This document shows positions 46,077-60,100 of a stretch of DNA of 64,000 nt, piece by piece (within the stretch, counting starts at the first letter, position 1; each line of letters starts with the position of its first letter). This DNA is from an uncultured Candidatus Saccharibacteria bacterium (GTDB lineage: Bacteria; Patescibacteriota; Minisyncoccia; UBA6257; 1-14-0-10-44-23). Below the pieces are notes generated by a model. That model searched no databases. It saw only the letters and a program-made list of their open reading frames with translations, and had not been told where the DNA came from. The position numbers were made by a program, and so were the translations under genes. The stretch is taken from positions 283,922-347,921 of the forward strand of contig CAZJVT010000001.1 of assembly GCA_964549935.1 (NCBI GenBank), read 5' to 3'.

Positions 46077-47147
46077 ATGACTGAAGATTACATCAAAAAA
46101 ACATTGTCGGAGATTCAGGGTGCCCTTGGCGGCACTTCGGTTATTTCTTCCGGCCGAAAAATGAGCAAACGTAACAAGTACATAGCCCTTGGCGGCGTTT
46201 TAGTGATAATGATTCTTTTGGTGGTTAACTGGCGCGGCGGTGGTAATAACGTGGCAACGTTGCCCACCTCGACTCCGCCTACGGCCGCGACGGCGAGCGC
46301 ACTTGTTTCCGCCAATGTTCAATTTGATGAAGTGATTCCGGTTGATAAGGGTTTGCCGGATATTCACTTAACTTCAGCGCTGGTGAAAGAACTTGGCGCG
46401 CAGGACCCGCTTTTTGTATATCGTCCGCGAGCGCGTTGGCCGATTGCTTCAATCAGCAAGCTCATGACTGCGGAGCTCTCGATGGATGAGCTGGACCCCG
46501 CGACTATCATTGAGGTTTCGAAGGGCGCGGTTGATACTGATGGTACGGCAGGTGATTTGAAGGTTGGCGGTAAATACACCGTAAATGATTTAGTAAAAGT
46601 GATGCTAACCGTTTCCAGTAATGACGCGGCGGTCGCACTGGCGGAGGCGTATGACCGTAAGCAGCTCGGCGACGCGGCCTTTAGTCAAGCCTTAAATAAG
46701 ACGGCGCTTTTTGTCGAACTTATGCAAAAGAAAGCCAAAGATCTCGGGATGGAGGACACCTACTTCGGTGATCCGAGCGGGCTTTCGATGATCAACCAAT
46801 CGGTTGTTGGCGACTTGGATCTGCTGCTTAATGACTTAGCAAATCGTCATCCGGAGCTGCTTGAAACGACTCGGCAACTTAAGACGCGCATTGTGGAGCG
46901 GACCAGAATGGCCGCCTCAACTTTTGCAAATATTAACCAGTACGCGGGACAAAAAGATTTTCTCGGCGGCAAAACCGGATTCACCGATGAAGCGGGGCAG
47001 AACCTGATTTCGCTTTTCAATTATAATGGTAAAAAATACGAGATTACCGTGCTTGGCAGCGAGGATCGTTTTGGCGATACGACCAAGCTGTATGATTGGT
47101 TAAAAGGCACGCTTCCAAAACCCGTGGCTGTACCGGTTAAAAAATAA
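46077..47147 (+). CDS. D-alanyl-D-alanine carboxypeptidase (peptidase S11)
   Basis: ASISK, SSNDAA, GGKTGFT; N-terminal TM. Confidence 0.88.
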   Translation: MTEDYIKKTLSEIQGALGGTSVISSGRKMSKRNKYIALGGVLVIMILLVVNWRGGGNNVATLPTSTPPTAATASALVSANVQFDEVIPVDKGLPDIHLTSALVKELGAQDPLFVYRPRARWPIASISKLMTAELSMDELDPATIIEVSKGAVDTDGTAGDLKVGGKYTVNDLVKVMLTVSSNDAAVALAEAYDRKQLGDAAFSQALNKTALFVELMQKKAKDLGMEDTYFGDPSGLSMINQSVVGDLDLLLNDLANRHPELLETTRQLKTRIVERTRMAASTFANINQYAGQKDFLGGKTGFTDEAGQNLISLFNYNGKKYEITVLGSEDRFGDTTKLYDWLKGTLPKPVAVPVKK

Positions 47148-47148
47148 T

Positions 47149-48201
47149 ATGGTCTCTACTATTATCTTTGAGGCAGTTAGGGTTATCGGTTTAACGATGC
47201 TGGCATTTGTGCTCGCGATGGGCATCACACCGTTTGTGATTAAAATCATCGACAAATACGGTATCAAAAAGCAGATCCGCGATTCAAACCAGGCCCCAGT
47301 TTTTGCCGCGCTACACAAGAACAAAGCAGGGACGCCGAATATGGGTGGCATTATCATCTGGGGAACTGTTTTGAGTCTGGCTCTCATCGTGTGGATTCTC
47401 TCGCTCTGTTTCGAAGGATTTTTCGGTTATCTTAACTTCGTAGATCGCGCGCAGACCTACTTGCCGCTATTTGCGATGTTTATCGCTGCGATAGTCGGAC
47501 TCTTAGACGACGTGCTCAATGCCCGTCGTATCGGTCCGCGCGGGGGAGGGCTGCCAATGAAGTATCGTCTTATCGGACACATTGTCCTTGCCTTTCTCGG
47601 CGCTCTTTGGTTCTACTACAAGCTCAACTGGAACGTGCTTTCAGTCCCGCTGGTCGGGACATTCACTATTGGCTGGTGGTACATTCCGATTTTCGTTTTC
47701 GTTATCGTCGCGAGCGCCTTTTCGGCTAACGAGACCGATGGCCTGGACGGACTCGCCGGCGGCGTTATGTTGTTTGCTTACGGTGCGCTTACTGTCGTTG
47801 CTTTCGCGCTCGGTCGCTTCGACCTGGCGACTCTAGGCGGCGTCGTTATCGGCGCGCTACTCGCATTTTTGTGGTTTAACGTTTACCCGGCGCGCTTTTT
47901 TATGGGAGATAACGGCAGCATGTCGCTTGGCATCACTATTGGCGTCATCGCGATGTTAACAAATACCACGCTGCTGCTGCCGCTCTTTGTGCCGATTTTC
48001 GTCATCGAATCAGCTTCAGTTATCATTCAGCTGTTTAGCAAAAAATTCCGCGGCAAAAAAGTATTTTTGTCCGCACCGATTCACCATCACTTCGAAGCAC
48101 TCGGGTGGCACGAAACAAAAGTGACGATGCGTTTCTGGATTATTTCGATCATTGGTGTCGCGCTTGGGCTGGCGATTTTCTTCTTAAACCGCTTCTTGTA
48201 A
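47149..48201 (+). CDS. mraY: Phospho-N-acetylmuramoyl-pentapeptide transferase
   Basis: KAGTPNMGG, GLLDD, NETDGLDGL, FMGD, APIHHHFE. Confidence 0.95.
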   Translation: MVSTIIFEAVRVIGLTMLAFVLAMGITPFVIKIIDKYGIKKQIRDSNQAPVFAALHKNKAGTPNMGGIIIWGTVLSLALIVWILSLCFEGFFGYLNFVDRAQTYLPLFAMFIAAIVGLLDDVLNARRIGPRGGGLPMKYRLIGHIVLAFLGALWFYYKLNWNVLSVPLVGTFTIGWWYIPIFVFVIVASAFSANETDGLDGLAGGVMLFAYGALTVVAFALGRFDLATLGGVVIGALLAFLWFNVYPARFFMGDNGSMSLGITIGVIAMLTNTTLLLPLFVPIFVIESASVIIQLFSKKFRGKKVFLSAPIHHHFEALGWHETKVTMRFWIISIIGVALGLAIFFLNRFL

Positions 48202-48222
48202 TAGTGCGGTATCATAGAAGGT

Positions 48223-49005
48223 ATGAATCGGGTTACGAAGCAGATTAGTTACGGAGCCTTCTATGCCTGCGTTTTAGCCGCCATTATCTACGGCGGCGTT
48301 GGCGTTGCAACGCGCAAGGTGCCGACGTGTGTCGACAATACCAAAAACCAGGATGAGACCGAAGTTGACTGTGGTGGCGCTAACTGTGTTTCTTGCGTTA
48401 TTAAACACCTGGCGCCGGTGGCCGTGCTGCCCGTAAAGATTTTAGACGGAACCGACGCGAAGCACGCGACTGCGCTCATTGAACTTCGTAACCCAAACAT
48501 CAATTACGGAACTCCGCTCTTTTCGTATCGCTTGAATATCTTTACGACCAGTACTTCGCAGGCTGCTTATGCAGAGCAGGTGACGCTCCCAATGTATCCT
48601 GCTGAAGTTAAGTATCGGGTTACGGTCAATATTCCATTTGCGCCGGGCGCAGTTACTCGCGCTGAAGCTGTTTCAAACGGCGAGGTCTTTGATTGGCGAC
48701 CGAATGAGGAGTTTGCAAAACCAAAGCTGCCGATGCGTGAAATTAAAACAGTCGTTAATGGGAATCGCATCATGATTACCGGAAATGTGAAAAACGACAA
48801 TCCGTTTTTTCTCCGTCACGTAACCGTCAATGTATTCTTTGACAACAAGGACGGGAGTATAGCCTCTGTTTCTAAGACGGTCATAAATGATATGTACTCC
48901 TCCGAAGAGCGCGGATTCCAAGTTGTCGCCCCACTTCCGGCAGCGTTTATCGGCCAGCCGCTTCCGGCGCCACGCGTTATCGTAGACGCCGAGCGACAGC
49001 TTTAA
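48223..49005 (+). CDS. Membrane-anchored hypothetical protein
   Basis: N-terminal TM; CVDNTKNQDETEVDCGG repeat-like motif. Confidence 0.7.
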   Translation: MNRVTKQISYGAFYACVLAAIIYGGVGVATRKVPTCVDNTKNQDETEVDCGGANCVSCVIKHLAPVAVLPVKILDGTDAKHATALIELRNPNINYGTPLFSYRLNIFTTSTSQAAYAEQVTLPMYPAEVKYRVTVNIPFAPGAVTRAEAVSNGEVFDWRPNEEFAKPKLPMREIKTVVNGNRIMITGNVKNDNPFFLRHVTVNVFFDNKDGSIASVSKTVINDMYSSEERGFQVVAPLPAAFIGQPLPAPRVIVDAERQL

Positions 49006-49010
49006 AATAT

Positions 49011-49274
49011 ATGCAAGAAAAACTTTGGTTTAAGGCGAAGCGATATGGTTGGGGATGGACGCCGGTAACCTGGCAGGGGTGGGTGAGTATTCTTGTTTTT
49101 GTCGTTTTAACTTTTTGGATTTACTATCCGTTTGATCAGGAAATTCTTTCTGTAAGCGATATTACTGTGAGATTTCTTCTGCCCGAGGCCGTACTTGTTG
49201 GGCTACTCATTTGGCTTTGCTACAAAAAAGGCGAGAAGCCGGGGTGGCGCTGGGGAGATAAGGCAAAAAGTTAA
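49011..49274 (+). CDS. Small membrane protein
   Basis: WFKAKRYGWGWTP motif; two TMs. Confidence 0.75.
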   Translation: MQEKLWFKAKRYGWGWTPVTWQGWVSILVFVVLTFWIYYPFDQEILSVSDITVRFLLPEAVLVGLLIWLCYKKGEKPGWRWGDKAKS

Positions 49275-49314
49275 TTAGTTACTTTGTTAGTTCGTTAGTT
49301 GGCGAATACAAAAT

Positions 49315-49581
49315 ATGGAAATCACGCCGGGAGTTTACAAGCATTTCAAAGGTACTGTCTATAAAGTACTTGGCGTTGCGCTGAATACCGAAGATGAGTC
49401 GAAGATGGTTGTGTATCAGGGGTTGTATCACACTGAAGATCTTGGGCCACATCCATATTTTGTGCGCCCGGCTGGGATGTTTTTGGAAGCAGTTAATCGC
49501 GATGATTACAGCGGTCCGCGCTTTAGCAAGCTGCAGGAGGGCGGTCCGTACATCTGCAAGGATTGCGGAGCCAGTCTTTAG
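49315..49581 (+). CDS. DUF1653 domain protein
   Basis: GVYKHFKG..Y.V, VVYQGLY, VRP..MF, PRF. Confidence 0.85.
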   Translation: MEITPGVYKHFKGTVYKVLGVALNTEDESKMVVYQGLYHTEDLGPHPYFVRPAGMFLEAVNRDDYSGPRFSKLQEGGPYICKDCGASL

Positions 49582-49607
49582 CGGGTAGGATAAAGGCACC
49601 CGAAAGT

Positions 49608-50696
49608 ATGTCAGATTTTTTTACGCTTTTTAAACGACAAGATTGGTGGCTTAACGGAGCCATTTTAGGCTTGATTGCCTCGAGCCTCGTTATGCTTTTG
49701 AGTATCTCGCGGGCCCTCTTTTTTCAGCAGCTGGCCTGGGCGGTCATCGCGGCGTTTGTTATTTTTATCTTTGCGCACATTGATTGGCGCGGGCTCACGG
49801 CGTATCGCTGGATTATCGTCGGTATTTATCTAAGTAGCATCGCGCTTTTAATCGCCACCTACTTTTTTGCTCCGGTAATTCGCAATACCCGCGCCTGGCT
49901 CGTCATTGGTCCGGCACAGTTTCAGGTTTCGGAGTTCGTAAAAATCGCGCTGATTATTTTCTTCGCTTACTTTTTTAGTAAGCGTCACGTCGGTATCGCG
50001 CGCATTTCAAACATCTTCCGCCCGTTCATCTACTTCCTGATTCCGGCGATTTTTATCTTCCTCCAGCCAGACATGGGTACAGTCATTATCTTGTTTTGTA
50101 TCTGGGCGGGATTTTTGCTCGTCTCCGGGCTGCCGTGGAAGCACATCGTCATTGGCTTTTTAATTGTTGTCATTGGTGTCACGGCCAGTTGGTTTACGGT
50201 TTTAAAGCCTTACCAGAAGCAGCGCGTCGTGGGTTTGTTTGATCCAAGCTACGACCCGCTTGGTGTTAACTATCAGACAATTCAAAGCAAGATTGCCGTC
50301 GGCTCCGGCGGGTGGTTTGGCAAGGGCTTTGGCCAGGGGACGCAGGTGCAGCTCGGCTTTTTACCGGAGGCGGGTACGGACTATATCTTTGCTTCCATTA
50401 CAGAGGAGTGGGGACTGGTTGGCGGAACGCTCACACTGCTGATGCTCGGGCTGGCGCTGTTTCGCATTATCCGCATCGGCTTTTTCGCAGAGGGAAACTT
50501 CTACCGATTTATTTGTCTTGGTGCGACGGTGATGTTTCTAGTCCAGGTGATGATTAACGTCGGTACAGCGCTCGGCATCTTCCCGGTTATCGGTATTACG
50601 TTTCCATTCTTAAGTTACGGTGGTAGCAGCTTGCTCATCAATGCTATGCTCATAGGAATAGTGCAGAGCGGAGCGGTATATCGGTCGCTGTCGTAA
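49608..50696 (+). CDS. rodA: SEDS family peptidoglycan polymerase (RodA-like)
   Basis: QVSEFVK, QPDMGT, YQKQR, GSGGWFGKG, LPEAGTDYIF, SYGGSS. Confidence 0.88.
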   Translation: MSDFFTLFKRQDWWLNGAILGLIASSLVMLLSISRALFFQQLAWAVIAAFVIFIFAHIDWRGLTAYRWIIVGIYLSSIALLIATYFFAPVIRNTRAWLVIGPAQFQVSEFVKIALIIFFAYFFSKRHVGIARISNIFRPFIYFLIPAIFIFLQPDMGTVIILFCIWAGFLLVSGLPWKHIVIGFLIVVIGVTASWFTVLKPYQKQRVVGLFDPSYDPLGVNYQTIQSKIAVGSGGWFGKGFGQGTQVQLGFLPEAGTDYIFASITEEWGLVGGTLTLLMLGLALFRIIRIGFFAEGNFYRFICLGATVMFLVQVMINVGTALGIFPVIGITFPFLSYGGSSLLINAMLIGIVQSGAVYRSLS

Positions 50697-50725
50697 CCTA
50701 TAACGTGTAACTTGTAACGTAAAAC

Positions 50726-52501
50726 ATGGGACCGGAAACAAAAAATTGTCAGAATTGCGAGAATCAATTTACGGTTGAGTCGGAGGATTTTAGTTTTTAC
50801 GAAAAAATGAAGGTTCCGGCTCCGACGTTTTGTCCTGATTGTCGGTTGCAGCGGCGAATGACCTGGCGGAACGAGCGCTCATTTCATAAAGGTAAATGTG
50901 CCGCTACCGGAAAGGACTTTTTGACCGCCTTTGCGCCGGAGGCGGGCATGACTGTTTACGAGCGCGATTATTGGTGGAGCGATAAGTGGGATCAGCTGGT
51001 TACCGGTCGCGACTATGACTTCAACCGGCCATTTTTCGTGCAGTTTGCGGAGTTGATGAAGAAAGCGCCGCTGCCAAATTTGATGAATTCAAATTGTGTG
51101 AATAGTGAGTACGGTAATCACAGTTTGAATTGCAAGAATTGTTATTTGTTCCATGCATCGGCTGATAGTGAAAACTGTGCATACGCTACTGGCGCTGTCA
51201 ATTCAAAAGATTCTTTAGATCTCTATAAAGCATTCAAGGCCACAGAGTGTTATCAGGACACTCTTTCGGTCGACATAAATAGAGTTCATTTTTCTTTTGC
51301 AGCACTGCAGAGCATTCAGTCAGAATTCCTATATTCTTGTACGAATGTACAAAATTCGTTTGGATGTGTTAATTTACGCAATCGTTCGTATTGTTTGTGG
51401 AATCAAGAGCTCGATAAAGAGTCGTATGGAAAAAAGCGCGCAGAATACGATCTTGGCAGCTGGCAACAGCTGCAAAAGATTCAGAAAGAATTTGATGAAT
51501 TTACGCTCAGGTTTCCGCGAAAATACGGCGGAGGAATAAAATCGGAGAATGTGACCGGGGCGGGTATTTTGAATTCAAAGAACTGCAGAAATGTTTTTGA
51601 TGTGTTTGGGGGGCTTGAGGATTGTAAATATATCTGTCACGCCTTTTCTCTCAAGGATTCGTACGATTGTTATGGTGCAGGACGCGCGTCTCAGCTTCTT
51701 TACGAAGCTATCGATACAGGCGCGGAGGCTAATCGCATTTTTGCGGCCATTTTTACGCACAGCTGCCAGGACACAAGCTATACATATGCCTGTCATGGGT
51801 CCAAGGATCTCTTTGGCTGCGTTGGTTTGCGTAGCAAGCGCTACTGCATCTTCAATAAACAGTATACGAAGGAGGAGTATGAAACGCTGCTGCCAAAAAT
51901 TAAAAAACAAATGGAGGAGATGCCCTATGTTGATTCAAAAGGGCGGGTATATAAGTACGGAGAGTTCTTTCCGGTTGAGCTTTCGCCGTTTGCTTATAAT
52001 GAAACGATTGCCCAGGAGTACGCACCGTTAACAAAGTCGGCTACGACCGCGAGCGGTTACGCGTGGCGTGATCCGGAGATAAAACATCATGCAGTAACAA
52101 TAAAATCAGCTGATTTGCCGGACCACATCAAGGATGTTCCGGATTCTATTTTGAAGGACATCATCGAGTGTGCGCACAAAGGGGAGTGCAATCAACAGTG
52201 CTCGGGCGCGTTTAAAATCATTCCTTCAGAGTTGCAATTTCTGAAGCACTTCAATATTGCATTGCCGCGGTTGTGTCCAAATTGTCGACACTACGAACGA
52301 CTTACCCAGAGAACGCCTTTCAAATTATGGAAACGTTCTTGTCAGTGCGAAGGAGTGGTATCAACAAATGGGACCTACCAGAATATTGCGAAGCACGCGC
52401 ATGCAGATGCGCCGTGCCGAGTTAGTTTCGAAACTTCGTATTCGCCAGAAGGCAAGGAGATTGTTTATTGTGAATCCTGTTATCAGGCGGAGGTGGCGTA
52501 A
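50726..52501 (+). CDS. Cys-rich hypothetical protein with Zn-ribbon CxxC motifs and beta-helix-like repeats (family typical of CPR genomes)
   Basis: CQNC, PTFCPDCR.QRR..WRN, ERDYWWSDKW, FGCVGLR, YGEFFP, PRLCPNCR, YCESCY. Confidence 0.75.
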   Translation: MGPETKNCQNCENQFTVESEDFSFYEKMKVPAPTFCPDCRLQRRMTWRNERSFHKGKCAATGKDFLTAFAPEAGMTVYERDYWWSDKWDQLVTGRDYDFNRPFFVQFAELMKKAPLPNLMNSNCVNSEYGNHSLNCKNCYLFHASADSENCAYATGAVNSKDSLDLYKAFKATECYQDTLSVDINRVHFSFAALQSIQSEFLYSCTNVQNSFGCVNLRNRSYCLWNQELDKESYGKKRAEYDLGSWQQLQKIQKEFDEFTLRFPRKYGGGIKSENVTGAGILNSKNCRNVFDVFGGLEDCKYICHAFSLKDSYDCYGAGRASQLLYEAIDTGAEANRIFAAIFTHSCQDTSYTYACHGSKDLFGCVGLRSKRYCIFNKQYTKEEYETLLPKIKKQMEEMPYVDSKGRVYKYGEFFPVELSPFAYNETIAQEYAPLTKSATTASGYAWRDPEIKHHAVTIKSADLPDHIKDVPDSILKDIIECAHKGECNQQCSGAFKIIPSELQFLKHFNIALPRLCPNCRHYERLTQRTPFKLWKRSCQCEGVVSTNGTYQNIAKHAHADAPCRVSFETSYSPEGKEIVYCESCYQAEVA

Positions 52502-52603
52502 AGGCTTGGCACGTTTGGCGTGTAACTTGTAACGTAATGCGAGAGAAGGTAAACTGATTAGCATTACTACGTTATACGTTACACGCTTTACGTTCTACGA
52601 CCC

Positions 52604-53626
52604 ATGGCTATATCCCGATCGTTCAAGTTTGTTATTGGCTTTGCAGCTCTGTTTATCGTCGCGTGCCTGTGGGCAGCGTATTTTTTTTATAACTTGTCGC
52701 CCGTAAGTGGCGGCGAGGGAGTTGTGGCAGCGCCGACGAGCACCGTACCGCTGATCATTGAAAGGGGTACCGGGTTTAGGACTGTGGCCAAGGAGCTCGC
52801 TACAGCTGGGCTGATTCGCTCGGAGACTGATTTTAAGTTCTACGCGATACTTTCTGGTAGCGCGCATCAGTTTAAGCCGGGATTGTACTCATTTAGCGCG
52901 GCTTCGAGCAGCATCCAAATCATTCACGCGCTCGTAAAGGGTCCGGATAAGGAGATTACGGTATTAATCCCGGAGGGACAGACGCTGACGCAAATCGACG
53001 AGATACTTTCCAAGTTTGGCGTCATTAAAAAGGGTAGTCTCGTTGCACTTTCTCCGGTTGATTTTGTCGCCAAGTATCCGTTTTTAAAAAATGCGCATTC
53101 GTTTGAAGGATTTTTCTTCCCGGACACCTACCGATTTTACTTCGGCTCACTCGCGCCGGATGTAGCCGCGACGATGCTGGACAATTTTGTCGCAAAAGTC
53201 ACGCCGCTTGTCAGCGACGAGGGGACTGCCAACTTTGATCAGATTCCGGTTTTACGTCGCGGGATTTTTGATATGCATCAAATAGCAACTGTCGCCTCAA
53301 TCATCGAGGATGAGGTCCCGGGTTCGGCGGACAGGAAAGTAGTTTCTGACATTTTGTATCGTCGGCTAAAAATGGGCATGGCACTGCAGATTGATGCGAC
53401 GGTAGCGTATGCAAAAGCCATGCGCGATGAGCGGTACGACACTTACAAGAATGCCGGACTGCCGCCGGGTCCGATTGATAGTGCCGGACTGGATGCAATT
53501 GACGCGGCGCTTAACCCAAAGGCCTCGCCGTATCTCTACTACCTCTCGGATCCGAAGACAAAAAAGACTATATTTTCCAAGACTTTTGATGAGCACAAGG
53601 CCAATGTTATTAAGTACTTGCCGTAG
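52604..53626 (+). CDS. mltG: Endolytic transglycosylase MltG
   Basis: IPEG, EGFFFPDTY, ASIIEDE, LQIDAT, GLPPGPI. Confidence 0.9.
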   Translation: MAISRSFKFVIGFAALFIVACLWAAYFFYNLSPVSGGEGVVAAPTSTVPLIIERGTGFRTVAKELATAGLIRSETDFKFYAILSGSAHQFKPGLYSFSAASSSIQIIHALVKGPDKEITVLIPEGQTLTQIDEILSKFGVIKKGSLVALSPVDFVAKYPFLKNAHSFEGFFFPDTYRFYFGSLAPDVAATMLDNFVAKVTPLVSDEGTANFDQIPVLRRGIFDMHQIATVASIIEDEVPGSADRKVVSDILYRRLKMGMALQIDATVAYAKAMRDERYDTYKNAGLPPGPIDSAGLDAIDAALNPKASPYLYYLSDPKTKKTIFSKTFDEHKANVIKYLP

Positions 53627-53686
53627 ATGGTTTGTGGTATAATGGCTGGGTCAACCACCTGTATTTAATGGTCACGCAGGAGGGGG

Positions 53687-53715
53687 TTGACGATTTTTCG
53701 ACTTTCGGCTAGAAT
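53687..53715 (+). promoter_or_regulatory. sigma70 promoter of rpoBC
   Basis: TTGACG-17 bp-TAGAAT. Confidence 0.7.
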
Positions 53716-53909
53716 ACATCAAATGCAATTGCTAACAGCTCAAATGGCCATTTTGGGTTGTCCCATTATTTTCAATAATGCATAACTAACTTCACCCGAC
53801 ACCACGCGCGGGCCTTTTGTTTTTTTTCGCGCACTGGAGTCGCTGCAATCGCAGTAGTCATATAGAAGCCGTCTCGTATCAGTTTTCATTACTTATTTAA
53901 TTAACATCT

Positions 53910-57137
<3,228 letters not shown>

Positions 57138-57164
57138 TATCCTTAACTTCTAACTACTACTCAT

Positions 57165-60100
57165 ATGTTTGGATCATCATCTGACTTTGCAAGTATTCGT
57201 CTGAAGATCGCCTCACCGGAGGATATTTTGACATGGAGCCACGGCGAAGTTATCAAATCAGAAACCATCAACTACCGCACGCAGCGTCCGGAAAAAGACG
57301 GACTCTTTAGCGAGCGCATCTTCGGTCCGACAAAGGACTGGGAGTGTTACTGTGGTAAGTACCGCAGAATTCGATATAAGGGCGTTGTCTGTGACAAGTG
57401 TGGTGTCGAGGTAACTCGCTCCATTGTCCGCCGTGAGCGCATGGGTCACATTCAGCTCGCCGCTCCGGTTGCCCAGATTTGGTACTTCCGCAACACGCCG
57501 AGCAAGCTCGCGCTGCTCTTAGACGTTGCCGTACCGAAGCTTGAAAAAGTTATTTACTACGCCGCCTACATCGTCACCGCCGTTAACGACGAAAACCAAA
57601 AGCGCGCCCTCGAGCAGATCGAGGCCGAGTTTAAGGCTCGCAAGAAGACGGTTGAGAGCGAGGGAATTGACGTCGACGCTTTGAAGTCCGCGATGAGCGA
57701 GGTCAAGAAAGAAATCGACAACCTCCGCGTCGGACAGATTTTGTCGGAGAGCGAGTACCACGACCTGGCCAAGCGCTTTGGTGATGTATTCGAAGCCGGC
57801 ATGGGTGCGGGTGCAATTCAAAAGATTTTGAAGCAGCTCGACCTGAAGAAATTCACCGCTGAACTCAAGAAAGAAATCAAGCGTGATGTCGAGAAGGACG
57901 AGACCTTGAAAGAGGCTCGTGCGATGCGCCGCTTGAAGCTCGTTAGCAGCATGCAGAAGCAGGGTATGCGTCCGGAGTGGATGATCGTTACCGTGCTTCC
58001 GGTGCTTCCGCCGGACCTTCGTCCGATGGTGGCTCTTGATGGTGGCCGTTACGCAACCAGCGACTTAAACGACTTGTACCGCCGCGTCATCAACCGCAAC
58101 AACCGCTTGAAGAAGCTGATGGAGCTCAAGGCTCCGGAGGTCATCATCGTCAACGAAAAGCGTATGTTGCAGGAGGCCGTCGATGCTCTTATCGACAACT
58201 CGGCCCGCGCCGGCAGCCAGCAGCTCTCGGCACAGCGCCGTCCGCTCCGCTCACTCGCCGACATGCTTAAGGGTAAGCAGGGTCGCTTCCGTCAGAACTT
58301 GCTCGGTAAGCGTGTTGACTACTCTGGTCGCTCGGTTATCGTCGTCGGTCCGGAGCTCAAGCTCCACCAGTGTGGTTTGCCGAAGAAGATGGCTCTCGAG
58401 CTCTTCCGCCCGTTTGTGATTGCAAAAATCATCGAGCGCGGTTTGGCCCACAACGTTAAAAACAGCAACCGCTTGATTGAACAGGGTGCGCCGGAGGTCT
58501 GGGCAATTCTCGAAGAGGTGATTAAGGGTCGCAAAGTTCTTTTGAACCGCGCTCCGACACTGCACCGCTTAGGTATTCAGGCTTTTGAACCGATGCTGAT
58601 TGAAGACTTGGCTATCCACCTGCACCCGCTCGTGTGTGCCGCCTTTAACGCTGACTTCGACGGTGACCAGATGGCTGTCCACCTGCCGCTTTCAGTTGAG
58701 GCGCAGAAAGAAGCCAGCGAAATCATGCTTTCATCAAAGAACTTGCTTAAGCCGGCTACCGGTGAGCCTATTGTCAACCCGACGCAGGATATGGTGCTTG
58801 GTGCGTACTTCCTGACCAAGATTAACGAGACTGCGAAGGGCGCGAAGAAGGCCTTCTCGGGTATGGACGAGGCGATGCACGCTTACGACGCAGGATTTTT
58901 GGCTGTCAACGCTCCGATTGTCGTGATGCGCGATGGTGCGAAGGTAGAGACCTCGCTCGGCCGTTTGATTTACAACGAGGCCTTGCCGCCGGAGATTGGT
59001 TTTGTGAACAAGCAGCTCAACAAGAAAGAGATTGCTAAAATTGTCGGTAAAATCATCAAGACCGTCGGTATCGACCGCACACCGCAGTACCTCGACGCGA
59101 TGAAAGACGTCGGTTTCAAGTACGTCACGACCTCGGGTATCACCTGGAGTATCGCTGACTTAAAGACGCCGAAGGAGAAGGCCGGTATTTTGGACAAAGC
59201 TGAAATCCAGGTTGCTGAAATCCGCGAGCAGTACATGAACGGATTCTTGACCGAGAGCGAGCGTAAGGCCCGCATCATCCAGGTCTGGACCGATGTTAAG
59301 AAGGAGATCGCCAAGCTCGTGCCGACCGCACTCGATCAGTACGCTTCAATCTTCAACATCATCGACTCCGGTGCTCGTGGTAGCTGGACACAGATCACCC
59401 AGGTTACCGGCATGAAGGGTCTCGTGCAGAACTCACGTTCTGAAACTATCGAGCTTCCGATCAAGTCGTCATTCCGCGAGGGACTCAACGTGCTTGAATT
59501 CTTTATCGCTACTCACGGTGCTCGTAAGGGTACGACTGACACCGCGCTTAAGACCGCCGCCGCCGGTTACCTGACTCGCCGTCTCGTCGACGTCTCACAA
59601 GACATCGTCGTCCGCGAAGAGGACTGCCGCACGAAGGAGGGTATCACGATTACTCGCGCTGACGGACTTGAGTATGGTCACCAGTTCAACGACCGCCTCT
59701 TTAGTCGCACTGCACTTAACGACATCAAGGTAAACGGCAAAGTGCTCGTCAAAGCCGGAGAGCAGATGGACCACGCCACCGCCGAGGCTATCAACGCTGA
59801 TGAGAAGATCACTGAAGTTGTCATCCGCTCACCGATTACGTGTAAGACGCTCTACGGTGTCTGCCGTATGTGTTACGGTTTCGACCTCGGTAAGAACACG
59901 CTGATTCAAAAGGGTGAGGCCGTCGGAGTTGTCGCCGCCCAGTCAATCGGTGAGCCGGGTACCCAGCTTACGATGCGTACTTTCCACATCGGAGGTGTCG
60001 CCGGTGCTGACATTACCAACGGTCTGCCGCGTGTCGTCGAAATCTTTGAAGTTCGTCCGCCGAAAGGTAAAGCCTTCCTCGCGTTTGATGACGGCGTGGT

